A stretch of DNA of 64,000 nucleotides, from assembly GCA_951406725.2 (NCBI GenBank), contig OX597830.1:31744001-31808000 (forward strand). Reading direction: 5' to 3'. Source of the stretch: Octopus vulgaris. Its lineage: Eukaryota. Positions 15,220 to 30,098 of the stretch are shown here, one piece after another (within the stretch, counting starts at the first letter, position 1; every line of letters begins with the position of its first letter). A program made the position numbers and the translations under genes. A model generated the notes under the pieces. That model was not told the DNA's origin. It saw only the letters and a program-made list of their open reading frames with translations, and did no database searches.

Positions 15220-15291
15220 TATATTTGTCTGTGTGCCCATATATGTATATATATATATATATATACATATATGGGCACACAGACAAATATA
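15220..15291. repeat. Perfect 72-bp palindrome centred on (AT)n
   Basis: TATATTTGTCTGTGTGCCCATATATG-(TA)n-CATATATGGGCACACAGACAAATATA equals its own reverse complement. Confidence 0.95.
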
Positions 15292-15298
15292 CATATAC

Positions 15299-15337
<39 letters not shown>

Positions 15338-15518
15338 CCTGCTCACTTAGCCAGCGGGGTGGCGTCATTCGAAGGCTAAAACAATGCGAACGCATTGTAA
15401 CCAGTGATGTGTAACTACATCTGATGGACTGGTCGGTCACGTGATATATATATATATGTATTTTTTATTTTTATTTTATCTAGTTTCAGCTCACGAGCTG
15501 TGGCCATGCTGGGGCACA

Positions 15519-15582
<64 letters not shown>

Positions 15583-16126
15583 TATATGCATGTAATTTGT
15601 GTATATAAATGTGTATATGCATTTGTATGGATATGTTTGTACAAGCATGGAAAAAATACATTTAAAGCAGTGACGATGATAATGATGCTGATGATGATAT
15701 GTGTGTGTGTGTGCATGCACCTCCCCTCATTCCCGACATACACACCAATATATATCCTTGTGCAGTCCATGGTTGCCGTCTCCTGGTTGAAATCAAACTA
15801 CAAATGAATAACAACGTATTTTGTGAATCATATTTCGGTGTAAGCATTCTGTCTTATGTAACCATTTGACCACATAAATACTAGCTACTTTTTCCACAAA
15901 TTACACATACATGTTGCAATATATATATATTTACTGCCATGCTATGTATTCAAACGTTCTCTGGTGTAGTTTCTCTTGCTATGACGTTCTTATTGTGTAA
16001 TATTGTCAATGTTGTAGAATTCCATACCACCTCACATCAGATTTTTTTTTTAAGATATAAGCATTTCACCTTTGTCCATCCTGCATATACATACATATAT
16101 AAATGTATATAAATATATATATGTGC

Positions 16127-16179
<53 letters not shown>

Positions 16180-16249
16180 AATGTGTATATACATATGCAT
16201 ATATATATGTATATGTATATGCATATATATATATATATGTATATGTATA

Positions 16250-16310
<61 letters not shown>

Positions 16311-16352
16311 ATATATATATATATGTTTATATATATATATGTATATATATAT

Positions 16353-16403
<51 letters not shown>

Positions 16404-16453
16404 TCTATATATACATATACACACATACATATATGCATATATGTATATATATG

Positions 16454-16485
<32 letters not shown>

Positions 16486-16799
16486 GTGTGTGTGTGTGTA
16501 TATATATTTATATATATGTATATGCCTAGTACACACACACACATGCACTATCCCTAGCCATTTTTCTTTTCACATGGTACTATGAAGTCTCAGATACATT
16601 TTTCCTCCAGACATTAGCCTGTATTTCAAGTGAAATTTGGCTGTTATTTCGTTTAGGTCTGATGACCATGTTTATTACATGCATGCATCTCTGCTATAAT
16701 GTTCTGTTGATCATATTGTTTAGCCCCACCAACTCAGCCTTGATTAAGCTGACAGGATTAAAGATATTTCAATCATCACTCTCCTGTTTTGTCAAGGTA

Positions 16800-17215
16800 T
16801 TCTTTTATTCTTATTTTTGTTTCACTTGTTTGACTGTGGCCATGCTGGAGCACTGCCTTTAATCGAGCACACTGACACCAAGACTTATTTTGCGTGAGCC
16901 TAGTACTTACTCTATCGGTCTCTTTTGCCAAACCACTTAATGACCAGGTCATAAAAACACCAACATCGGTTGTCAAGCGATGGTGAGGGGACTAACACAG
17001 ACACACAAACATACACACACACATACATATATATATATATAACTATATATATATGATGGGCTTCTTTCAGTTTCAGTCTACTAAATCCACTCACAAGGCT
17101 TTGGTTGACTTGAGGCTATAGCGGAAGACACTTGCCCAAGGTGCCACACAGTGGGGCTGAACCCGGAACCATGTGGTTGGTAAGCATGCTACTTACCACA
17201 CAGCCACTCCTGTGC
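16800..17215 (-). mobile_element. SINE family A, full length
   Basis: Head, CORE-like segment, internal microsatellite and tail are all present. Confidence 0.9.
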
Positions 17216-17708
17216 TTATGTATACAGGACTATATTAACTAACACTCATTGCTCTTACATAAAACAGAAGGATATGATTTCAGGATAATCCAACTGCTAT
17301 TTCTAGTATGTTGAGAAGTTTTGTAGATAAAGCAGGCTTACAACCGAAGGCTTTCCTACTGTCAACTGCCCCATCATTTCACTATATAGAAAGAAGCTGA
17401 GAGTACATTATCCAGTTGCGCTATTTTTTATAAGTGGCTGTTGTGTAGATTGATGTTAATTTAGCTATTATTTCTGGAAGATTGTGTAATCTTAAGAAGG
17501 TTGAATTATTCTATATTGTGTGATATGGCTTTTATGTACCAGTTCTATCAAGTCTACCACGAATCATAAATATTTATAGTTTGCTTAGCAAGGCATTCTT
17601 CGCTTGCACGCCTTCACATATACATTGAAAAAAGAGACAGACAAACACACACACATGCATGCAAACAGGCACACAGCCACTCACACAAGCATCTGCACAT
17701 GCACGCAT

Positions 17709-17751
<43 letters not shown>

Positions 17752-18063
17752 CACACGTTTATACAGTAAAACATGTTTGCAGAAAGTTTCACATTGAAAT
17801 ACGAAAGGTTCAATAATTATTAAGTATTACACACGTGTATTTATAGATGCATAGGTAAATGCATGTGAAGTATTCTATATACATGTATACATTACCATGC
17901 ATATAAACATCTCTGCTCTCATATGTGCATGTGAGTGTGGGTGAATGTATAGATGAATGAAGATAAGTATATATGCAACAAGTATGTATTTAATGCATAC
18001 AAGTACCAAAAAATTGTTTGTAGCATATATATATATGTGTGTATAAATATGTGTGTACACACA

Positions 18064-18182
<119 letters not shown>

Positions 18183-18227
18183 GTTTACATGTGCACACAC
18201 TCATACATATCTATTTATTGTAAATAG

Positions 18228-18859
18228 CTTGACTGGCTCCTGTGCCGGTGGCATGTAAAAAGCACCATCCAAGTGTGGTTGATGCCAGTACTGCCTGACT
18301 GGCCCTCATGCCGGTGGCGCGTAAAATGCACCCACTACACTCTCGGAGTGGTTTGCATTAGAAAGGGCATCTAGCTGTAGAAACTTTGCCTGGTACAGCC
18401 TTCTGGATTGCCAGTCCTCAGTCAAAACATCCAACCTATGCCAGCATGGAAAGCGGATGTTAAACGACGACGACGACGATGATGATGATGATGATGATGA
18501 TGACGATGATGATGATTATGATGATGGTTATGATGATGATGATACAAACTTAATAGATAAGCATACAATTCATATATACACGAAGGTCCATATACAAAAA
18601 ATAATGTGCATCCTTGAGCTTTTATACATACATATATATATGCACAATGCAACCAGGTGTCATGCAAATGGCACCTGTGCTGGTGACACATAAGAGCACC
18701 CATTACACTCTTGGAGTGGTTGGCATTAGAAAGGGCATCCTAGCATAGAAAACCATGCCAAATCACACTGGAGTCGGGTGCAGCCTTCCAGCATGCCAGC
18801 CCAGCCAAACCATCCAACCCATGCCAACATGGACAACAGATGTTAAATGATGATGATGA

Positions 18860-18901
<42 letters not shown>

Positions 18902-19560
18902 TTATCATCATCATCATCGTTTAACGTCTGCTTTCCATGCTAGCATTAGTTGGACGATTTTGACTGAGGGCTGGTGAACCAGATGGTTGCACCAGGCTCC
19001 AATCTTGATTTGGCAGAGTTTCTACAGCTGGATGCCCTTCCTAATGCCAACCACTCCGAGAATGTAGTGGGTGCTTTTTATGTGCCACCGGCACGCGGGT
19101 CAGTCAGGCAGTACTGGCAACGACCTCACTCGAATCCTTTTACAGATGCCACCAGCACAGGTGCCAGTAACGCGACTTTTACGTGCCACTGGCATGGAAG
19201 CCAGTTGGCTGCTCTGGCAACGATCACACTTGGATGGTGCTCTTGGCACCCTACTAGCATGGGCACAAGTGCCAGTAAGGCGACACTGGTAACGATCACG
19301 CTCGAATGGTGCCCTTTAAGTGCCACTGGCACAGAAGCCGGTTAGCCGCTCTTTCAATGATCATGCTTGTATGGTGCTCTTTGCACCTTGCCAGTACGGA
19401 CCCGGTCATTGAATTTGATTTTGATTTTGTTTTTGATTGAGTTGATTTCAGTTGCCTCAACAGGTCTTTGCAAGCAGAGTTTTAGTGTCCAAAGAAAGAA
19501 AAGGTACGCATAAGTGGGCTGGTTATGCCCCCGGCATAGGCCATGAGATTATGGTTTCAT
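18228..19560. mobile_element. Three family C copies: 18228-18500 (+), 18655-18862 (+), 18905-19560 (-, long copy with internal 60-70 bp tandem units)
   Basis: Each has the GGAAGGGCATCC-type motif and a (GAT)n tail. AACGATCAC..GATGGTGC units repeat at 19180-19400. Confidence 0.85.
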
Positions 19561-20415
19561 TTGGCTTTATATATATATTTATATCATCCCATCCATGCCT
19601 CTATGGAAGGCTGACAAACAATGATGATGATGATGATGATGGTGATGATAGATAAATATATATATGTATGCATATTTAGATATGTATACATATTTGTATG
19701 TCTGTCTGTCTTTGTGTCTGCTTAACAACCGGTGCTGGTGAAGTTTTGTCCCCATAGCTTAACAGTTCAGCAAAGTAGATCAATGGAATAAGTATCAGGT
19801 TTTAAAAAAGATGTACTGGAGTCAATTCTTTTGACTAAAAATTCTTCAAAGCATTACCTAAGCATGACCACAGTCTCACTGAAACAAGTAAAGGATTAAA
19901 GATAAAATATCTATTATATAAAATCCGTTCTGTCTGTCTGATATTCTGGTGATCTGATTAGCTAGCTTTGTTCATTTCAAATAATTTGCGAATATACATG
20001 TTAATGCAAACATGCACTCATAATTTCTTGCATACTGAAATTTGTAATTCATGAAGGAGGTTGTGAAACAGCTGTAATCCTATGGAAGTAAGATGATTAA
20101 ATAAACATGAATTCACCTGTTATAACTCCTGATTTTGTGGCAATATATACATACAAACATACATAAGCACAACCACACACATACACACACACAAACACAC
20201 ACACTATTCAGAGGTACAAAAAGCATAAGACAAAGACAGGTGAGGGAAGAACAAGCAGGTTTATTGGTTTGATGCTCAAGAATAATGGAAAAAGGTTTGA
20301 CATTTCAAGCTTATGCTCTTTGATAGAAAGGGGTGAGAAGAATAAAAAATGGAAAGAGAACAAAATGTGACAAGTTTAACAGTTTAACATGATGGAAAAA
20401 TAGTTTAACAGATGG

Positions 20416-20456
<41 letters not shown>

Positions 20457-20457
<1 letters not shown>

Positions 20458-20836
20458 CTTCTTTTATTTGTTCGAGTCATTTGACTGTGGTCTTGCTGGA
20501 GCATCACCTTTAGTTAAATCGACCCCAGGACTTATTCTTTGAAAGCCTAATACTTATTCTATCAGTCTCTTCTGCCAAACCGCTATGTTACGGGGATGTA
20601 AACTCACCAACATCAGTTGTCAAGCAATGGTGGGTGGAGGGACAAGCACAAGCACACAAATACATACATATACATATATACAACAGGCTTCTTTCAGTTT
20701 CCATCTACCAAATCTACTCACAAGACTTTGGTTGGCCCAAGGCTATAGTAGAAGACATTTGCCCTAGGTGTCATGCAGTAGGACTGAACCCGGAACTATG
20801 TGGTCGAGAAGCAAGCTTCTTGCCACACAGCCACTC
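20457..20836 (-). mobile_element. SINE family A
   Basis: Family motifs. Confidence 0.85.
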
Positions 20837-21261
20837 TGGCGCCTGTGCCATATATATATGCTTACCTTCTTTCAATGTAATAATGTCTCACAACATTACC
20901 TTTGTACACTTTTCAATTACACCTTCCATATTCCTCCTGCTTCTACATGCACCGTTTCCCTGCATCTCCAGCACTTTGGAGACCTTACTCTTGGGATTAC
21001 CCTAGTACATCATCGTCATCATTTAACATCCATTGTCCATGTTGACATGGCTTGGACGATTTGACCAGAGCTGACAAGCTAGGGAGCTGCATCAGTTTTC
21101 ACTGCCTGATCTGGCATTGTTTCTACAGCTGGCTGCTCTTCCCAATGCCAACCACTTTACAGAGTGTACTGGGTGCTTTTATGTGGCACTGCTACAAGTG
21201 TTTTACAACACCAGAATTATCAGTCTTAACACTTCTGCTGCAGAGAACATATATATATATA

Positions 21262-21672
21262 TCTTTTACTCTTTTACTTGTTTCAGTCATTTGACTGCGG
21301 CCATGCTGGAGCACCGCCTTTAGTCGAGCAACTCGACCCCATGACTTATTCTTTGTAAGCCCAGTACTTATTCTATCGGTCTCTTTTGCTGAACCGCTAA
21401 GTGACGGGGACGTAAACACACCAGCATCGGTTGTCAAGCAATGCTAGGGGTACAAACACACACACACAAACACACACACTTACACATATATAAACATATA
21501 TACATATATAGACAAGCTTCTTTCAGTTTCCGTCTACCAAATCCACTCACAAGGCATTGGTCGGCCCGAGGCTATAGCAGAAGACACTTGCCCAAGGTGC
21601 CACGCAGTGGGACTGAACCCGGAACCATGTGGTTGGTTAGCAAGCTACTTACCACACAGCCACTCCTGTGCC
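21262..21672 (-). mobile_element. SINE family A, full-length young copy
   Basis: Nearly identical to 1314-1710; TA flanks. Confidence 0.92.
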
Positions 21673-22270
21673 TATATATTATATATTTATATTTATAAAA
21701 TATTTGTATTAATGTGTATATCTATATATTTATTGATGCATTTATAATATATATATATATATATATACTGTGTCTAATATATTTGTAATATGCATATATA
21801 TATGTGTTTATATAAATATGTATGTAATAGTGTGTGTGTGTGTGTCTGTGCAGATGTGTCATTGTGTATATTCATATATATATAGACACATATATATATA
21901 AAGCACTCACATGGGCACATACCTAGACACATACACACTAACGACCATACATAATCACATCCCCAAAAAACCGAATATTAGTCTGTAAGAAAAGTGCAAT
22001 TTATTTCAGTAATTTGCAATTATTTATTGATGTATAAAACATCTCTGTTCTACTCATTAATGATATAATTTTAAGCTAAACATTCACATCAATAAGGATC
22101 TCTTAAATACTTAGCTAGGAATTATGGTTATATTTTCAGCATGTTTACTAATATAGAAAAATGGTTATGGCTCTCATTTCCTCCTTCCCTCTTCATCTCT
22201 CCATCTCTGTTTCTCTGTCTGTCTGTGTGGCTGTCTGTCTCTTTGTGTATATACATACATACATACATAT

Positions 22271-23339
<1,069 letters not shown>

Positions 23340-24166
23340 TATTTATTTTGTTTTGAATTAATCATAGCCTATCTCCTAACTACGAGATTTCAATGATTTG
23401 ATTGCTTATTTTTTAGAATGACATTGAAGGTAAGTGCAAGAGGTTGGATATGTCTAGTTCAAATGCCAAACTGTTAATGAGGAATTGCAACAGTTGTCTG
23501 AACAATGTTTTAGCAGGATTAGGAACTCCAGCCGAAATATTGCATCCTACATTATAAACCATTATCAAACGCCTGATTGCTTTCACCAAACAGTCTTAAC
23601 CAGGAGAAGAGAGCACACTTTATAGGTGTAACCTATGGCACTGAACACTCTAGTGCTGCCCTTGCTTTTTCTGAAGATGTAATGCTGTGGATAAAACCTA
23701 AGACCTCATGATTTACAAAATCCGATTCTGATGCAATCCTCTGCTCTGTAAGTTATTCATAGTGCTAACCTTGGAAACCTGGAACCTTGGAATCTTGGAA
23801 TCATTCAATTTTGGAGCAACAGTGTAATATACATAAAAAAAAAAAAATTATCTATTTATTTTATGGTATGATATCTTAATGCTTCAATCTCCCATGTGAT
23901 ATAGAGATTGAATCGTGGAATTCTAAATGAATATCTTACATGTGTTTTCAAAGGTTTTTGTTATTTCTAGTGAAACAGAAATACCTAAGTAAAAATTTGA
24001 ATATCATTTATGTGTATAGATAGCAAAGAGTGAGTATAATAAACATGTTACTGAAGTATTTGATTAAATTTCATGTTTGATACACTGGTAGGAAATTAAA
24101 AGTCTTGGGTATCAAGTTTTGTATGATGAGCTGTTGGAATATTTGTCTCTTTATATGATATATAAA

Positions 24167-24585
24167 GGCGCAGGAGTGGCTGTTTGGTAAGTAGCTTGCT
24201 AACCAACCACATGGTTCCGGGTTCAGTCCCACTGCGTGGCATCTTGAGTAAGTGTCTTCTGCTATAGCCCCGGGCCGACCAATGCCTTGTGAGTGGATTT
24301 GGTAGACGGAAACTGAAAGAAGCCTGTCCTATATATGTATATATATATATGTGTGTGTGTATATGTTTGTGTGTCTGTGTTTGTCCCCCTAGCATTGCTT
24401 GACAACTGATGCTGGTGTGTTTACGTCCCCGTTACTTAGCGGTTCGGCAAAACAGACCGATAGAATAAGTACTGGGCTTACAAAGAATAAGTCCCGGGGT
24501 CGATTTGCTCGACTAAAGGCGGTGCTCCAGCATGGCCGCAGTCAAATGACTGAAACAAGTAAAAGAGTAAAAGAGTAAAAGAGTA
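24167..24585 (+). mobile_element. SINE family A, full-length young copy with (AAAAGAGT)3 tail
   Basis: GGCGCAGGAGTGGCTG...GGTTCAGTCCC...GTAAAAGAGTAAAAGAGTAAAAGAGTA. Confidence 0.93.
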
Positions 24586-24629
24586 ATATCAAAATATGGA
24601 GGCAAAATAATAATAATGATTATAATAAT

Positions 24630-24850
24630 AATCTTTTCTCCTATAGACACAAAGCTTGAAATTGTGAGGGAGTGGGCAAGCCAATTATATTGAATCCCAA
24701 TACGTAAATTGGTACTTATTTCCTCAATCTCGAAAGCATGCATGAAAGGTAAAGTCAACCTTGGTGGAATTGAAACCCAGAATGTAAGGATGGACGAAAT
24801 GCAGCTAAGTACTTTGCCTGGCATGCCAACGATTCTGTCAGCTCACCACC

Positions 24851-24923
<73 letters not shown>

Positions 24924-25145
24924 TTCAAATTTTTGCTACAAGGACAGGTTAGGCGAGGTGGGGATGGTGAGTCAATTACATCGACTCCAGTGTTCAACTG
25001 CTACTTATTTTATTGACACCCCCCCCCGAAAGGATAAAAGGCAAAGTCGACCTTGGTGGAATTTGAACTCACAATGTAGCGAGAGGTGAAATACCGCTAA
25101 GCATTTCATCCAGCATTCTAAAGATTTCTACTAGCTCACCGCCTT
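24630..25145 (-). mobile_element. Two tandem SINE B copies (24630-24852, 24920-25145) separated by (AAT)n
   Basis: Each ends on the + strand with GCTCACC.CCTT and carries CAAAGTC.ACCTTGGTGGAATT-type sequence. Confidence 0.8.
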
Positions 25146-25149
25146 GATG

Positions 25150-25198
<49 letters not shown>

Positions 25199-25300
25199 CA
25201 ACAACAACAACAACAATAGCAACAACAACAACAACAACAATAGCAACAACAATAACAATAACAACAACAATAACAATAACAATAACAATAATAATAATAA

Positions 25301-25811
25301 TACTTGACAGAGCAAAAATGTGATACAAACTTAAACCTGAAGGCATCATTGAAAATGATAGTGCAAAGATCCTATGGGATTTTATGATTCAGTGCAACCA
25401 TGAGATAGAGAATAGGAAGCCAGACATAGTGTTAATTGAGAAAGGAAACAAACTATGCTGGATCATAGATATAGCATTCCCAGCTGACAATAAGGTATGT
25501 GATGAGGAAGAAAGAAAAGTTGAGGGATATGACAGGTTAGCTTGGGAGGTTAAGCAGTTGTGGCCGATGAAAAAGGTGGTAGTAGTACCAATAATTGTCG
25601 GAGCCCAGGGAACAGTGAGTAAAAATTTTGAGAAGTACATGGAACAAATAGGGGCTGCAATAAGGGTGGAGCACTTGCAGAAAACAGCACTGCTTGGAAC
25701 TGCTCGAATACTCCGGATTGTGCTCGAAAGATAAGGGGTGTCACCTTAGTTCACTGGTAGTGAACAGCTGGCACCGTAGTACATCTCCAGTGTTAGAAGC
25801 TGTGCAAAGGC
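25301..25811 (+). mobile_element. 5'-truncated R4/Dong-type LINE: RLE domain plus 3'UTR, inserted in (AAT)n
   Basis: ORF 25384-25734 reads KPDIVLIEK..IIDIAFP..EVKQLW..VVPIIVGAQG..LQKTALLGTARILR (PD-(D/E)xK endonuclease of RLE LINEs), preceded by KILWDF. AAT/AAC arrays on both sides. Confidence 0.92.
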
Positions 25812-25827
25812 AATAATAATAATAATG

Positions 25828-25906
<79 letters not shown>

Positions 25907-25913
25907 TAATAAT

Positions 25914-25957
<44 letters not shown>

Positions 25958-25961
<4 letters not shown>

Positions 25962-26172
25962 CCTTTCTACTATAGGCACAAGGCTTGAAATTTTGGGGGA
26001 GGGATTAGTCACTTACATAAACTCTATTTGCTCCACTGATACATGTTTTACAACCTCACCAAAAAAAAAAAGATAAAAGGCAAAGTTGATCTCAGTGGAA
26101 TTTGAACTCAGAATGTGCAAACAGACAAAATACTGCTAAGCATTTTGCCCAGTGTGGTAACGATTCTGCCAG
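25958..26172 (-). mobile_element. SINE family B
   Basis: CCTTTCTACTATAGGCACAAGGC tail next to (AAT)n; GAATTTGAACTCAGAAT B-box region. Confidence 0.85.
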
Positions 26173-26299
26173 GCTACTGTCCTGATTACAATAATAACCC
26201 TTACTGCTCTTTGCCTCCGGAGGTTGCCTGGTAGTAAGGCAGCAGAAATAAAAGTCATAATGAAAGGAAACCATAAATAATTATAACAACAACAACAAC

Positions 26300-26340
<41 letters not shown>

Positions 26341-26356
26341 TAATAATAATAATAAT

Positions 26357-26765
26357 ACAGCAAAAGAGTTTGACAAGCTCAGAAAATATAAAGACCTACT
26401 CATTGAAATTGAGAAAATGTGGCATCTCAAGGCGGTAACAATACCAGTGATCGTAGGAGCACTAGGAATGATCAAGAAGGGAACCGAAAATTATATGAGA
26501 ATGATCCCTGGCTTACCATCCCTGCAAGAAGTGCAAAAGATTGTCTTAACTGGTACATCACACGTATTGAGAAGAGCATTGTCAATGTGAGAACTATTAC
26601 TACCCATGTATTTTAATTTAACTTAAAAAAAAACAAAGCAAAAAATGAACGAACTATTGACTTTAGTTTAATGGCCTACCAATGTATACTATGAGTTTCT
26701 TTGCCCTAGGAGTCGGGAAGACACTCGGCAAGAAATGGAAGCAAATTTGAAAGAAGAAAAAAAAA
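26357..26765 (+). mobile_element. 5'-truncated R4/Dong-type LINE, second family (RLE C-terminus plus 3'UTR), in (AAT)n
   Basis: Translates KEFDKLRKYKDLLIEIEKMWHLKAVTIPVIVGALGMIKKG...LQEVQKIVLTGTSHVLRRALSM*, with the stop at 26588-26590. Confidence 0.9.
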
Positions 26766-26832
<67 letters not shown>

Positions 26833-26835
26833 ATT

Positions 26836-27023
26836 ATAAAAGATCAGACAAAAAAGGTGTGTTTATTTGACATGAGTATTCCTTGCAATCACAATATAGC
26901 GGTGAAAGAATTTGACAAGATCAGTAAATATAAAGACTTGCTAACAGAAATTGAAAAAATGTGGCATCTCAAGGCGACTACAGTACCAGTGATTGTAGGG
27001 TCTCTAGGAATGATAAAAAAAAG
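26836..27023 (+). mobile_element. Third RLE LINE fragment, related to 26357-26765, 3'-truncated
   Basis: ORF 26857 reads CLFDMSIPCNHNIAVKEFDKISKYKDLLTEIEKMWHLKATTVPVIVGSLGMIKK. Confidence 0.88.
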
Positions 27024-27224
27024 TCTTGTATCTTTATATTCTGTATTCAAAACCACCTGAGGAGTCAGTTTAAATTGGCGGTGTTATAGAAGTTGTACGA
27101 TAAACAATAAATAAGTTGGTTTGTTGTGGTGTTCAAACTGACCATACCACCCTCCATACACACACACACACATGCATGCATGCTTCCTCTTGTAACAAGA
27201 AATGTGGTCTTGTGTCCAATGGAA

Positions 27225-27690
27225 GAAATCATCATTTCATTCATCATCACCACTACCACCATCAATGTCATTGTCGTCGTCATCACTCTCATTGTCTTTG
27301 TCATCATCATCATCATCCTCATCATCATCATCACTGCTTGCCACCATTCCCATCACCTCCACCACATTCAATGCAGGGACTACGACCATCATCACTGCCA
27401 CTGATATCGTCATTGCCATCCTCCTCCTCCTCTTTCTCCCCTTCCTCCTCCTACTCCACCTCCTCCTCCTACTCCACCTCCTCCTCCTCTTGCTCCTCCA
27501 CCACCTCATCATCGTTGTCGTCGTTGTCATCTTCGTCATCAACATCATCATCATCACCACCATCATCATCATCATCATCGTCGTCGTTGTCATCATCACC
27601 ATCATCAGCATCCTTCTCCTTCTCCTCCTTCTTCTCATCATCATCAACATCATCATCATCATCGTCGTCGTCGTCGTCGCTGTCATCAGC

Positions 27691-27722
<32 letters not shown>

Positions 27723-28412
27723 CTTCTTCATCATCAGCATCCTTCTCCTTCTCCTCCTACTCCTCCTCCTCATCATCATCAACATCATCATCATCATTAC
27801 CATTCTGCTGCTACCACAACCACAACCACACGTCACTGCCCCACCACCCCCACCACCACCACCACCCTTGCATTAACAAATAATTCCATCTCCTTCAACA
27901 AATATCATTTAAATGTGTTCAATTCCATTCCCCCCCCAACCCATCAACTCACCAACCCACCCACCCACCCACCTTTACTCTCGCATATACACACATTCAT
28001 TATCACATCTTCATTATCACTTCAAAATAATGATTATGACGATCGTCACAAGTAGCACAACGAACCACAACCACCACCACCACCACCACCACCACCACCA
28101 CCGCCACCGCCACCATAATTGTCACAGTCATTATTGTATATTATCATTCCTGTGTGTTTTCGTAATTATAATGACGATATTATTAAGATGAAGAAGAATA
28201 TGATGAGGACGGTTGCGATGATGATGAGGATGATATTAATGACAACTCGAGATGATGATAATGTTGTTCTTGTCGTTGTTGTTGCAGTTGTTGTTGTGAT
28301 TCCCGGTCAGGTTTTTGTTCATAATTTCAGCGGGCATGGCATTTGTCAGGTGTATATAAAAGGTGTATATAACTATGTATGTATGTACGTATGTATGTAT
28401 GTATGTATGATA

Positions 28413-28469
<57 letters not shown>

Positions 28470-29176
28470 GTGTGCATGTGTGTATATATACATATATATA
28501 TACGTGTGTATTACTACATATGAATATATATATATGTTATATATATATATGGGTGTGCATGTGTGTATATATACATATATATACATATGTAGTAATACAC
28601 ACACACACTCTCATGTTTATATATATATATATTTATATGCATGCACATATATATGTATGCATATATATATATATATGTACGTATGTATATACACACACAC
28701 ACATATAATATATGTATGTGTGTGTGTGTATACATATATATATATGTATGTATCTACATATATATGCATACATATATTTATATCTCTCTCTCTCTATATA
28801 TATGAGTGTTTGAGTGTGTGTGTGTGAGTATTACTACATTATATATATGTAAACATATATACACAGACATGTGTATGCATAGATGTATGCGTGTATGGTC
28901 ATATACACCTGTCTATAGAAGATTTAGTTGTATATATTACTATGACTATGCTTTGATAAAAATCAATCACCTTATCATTATCGCAATCATCATCACCATC
29001 GTCGTCATCGTCATCTTAATCGTCGTCATCATCGTCGTTGTCCTTGTCATCATCCACATCATCATTTTCATCATCATGATCGTCATTCTCATCTTCACTG
29101 TTATCACCACCACCACCGCCGCCGCTGCTGCCACCACCAACAACAACACCAACACAAACACCACCACATGCATTCT

Positions 29177-29256
<80 letters not shown>

Positions 29257-29501
29257 TCATCATCATCATCTTCATCATCAACATCATTGTCGTCGTCATC
29301 ACCATCATCACTGTTATCACCACCACCACCACCACCGCCATCAACAACAACATCAACACCACCACATTCATTCCCTCCGTCATCATCCTCTTCATCATCA
29401 TCATCATCGTCGTCGTCATCGTCATCATCATCGTCATCATTATCATTGTCGTCATCACCATCATTATCATCGTCGTCGTCATCACCATCATCACTGTTAT
29501 C

Positions 29502-29538
<37 letters not shown>

Positions 29539-29558
29539 CCACATTCATTCTCTCCATC

Positions 29559-29622
<64 letters not shown>

Positions 29623-29917
29623 ACATCATCATTATCATCACCAACATCTGTTGGCATTCATCGATGGTGTGTTGTTCTTGCTGTTGTCGTTATGAATTAT
29701 TATTACCACCGTATTCATTATCCTCGTTATTACTGTGTCATTACTGTCGGTGTTGTTGTCGGTGTTGTTGCTGTCGTTGTTGTTGTTGTCATTATTATTA
29801 TAGTCGTTTGTCCTTATTATCTTACTTCTTTGTAATTGTTATTTATTGTCACAATCTTCGACAGAATGATGAAGGCGCATTACACCCCCACCTCCACACC
29901 TCCTCGTTCCTCCACCA

Positions 29918-29948
<31 letters not shown>

Positions 29949-30038
29949 TACGATGTCCAACATGTCATTCATCTCCTAGCCGTCATTATTGCTATTGTTA
30001 TTAAAACAATAATCAGCATAATGATGATGATAATAATG

Positions 30039-30098
<60 letters not shown>

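Noticed and set aside
15769-15840. Possible plus-strand exon (TGCAG|...|GTAAGC); similar weak candidates near 4430, 4935, 12112 and 63940
   Set aside because: No recognisable protein similarity and no consistent strand or phase chain.
19180-19400. Regularly spaced repeats superficially like a CRISPR array
   Set aside because: Degenerate tandem modules inside family C, with no unique spacers, no cas genes and a eukaryotic context.
20870-21005. Minus-strand peptide SKVLEMQGNGACRSRR reminiscent of an RTE C-terminus
   Set aside because: Too short and degenerate to call.
23405-23436. TTTTTAG|AATGACATTGAAG|GTAAGT micro-exon-like signal
   Set aside because: Only 13 nt, apparently within an old repeat-like segment, with no supporting neighbouring exons.
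24167-24240. tRNA-like A/B boxes here and at 4347, 10005, 38123 and 42637
   Set aside because: They are SINE heads joined to repeat bodies, without a complete cloverleaf; not tRNA genes.
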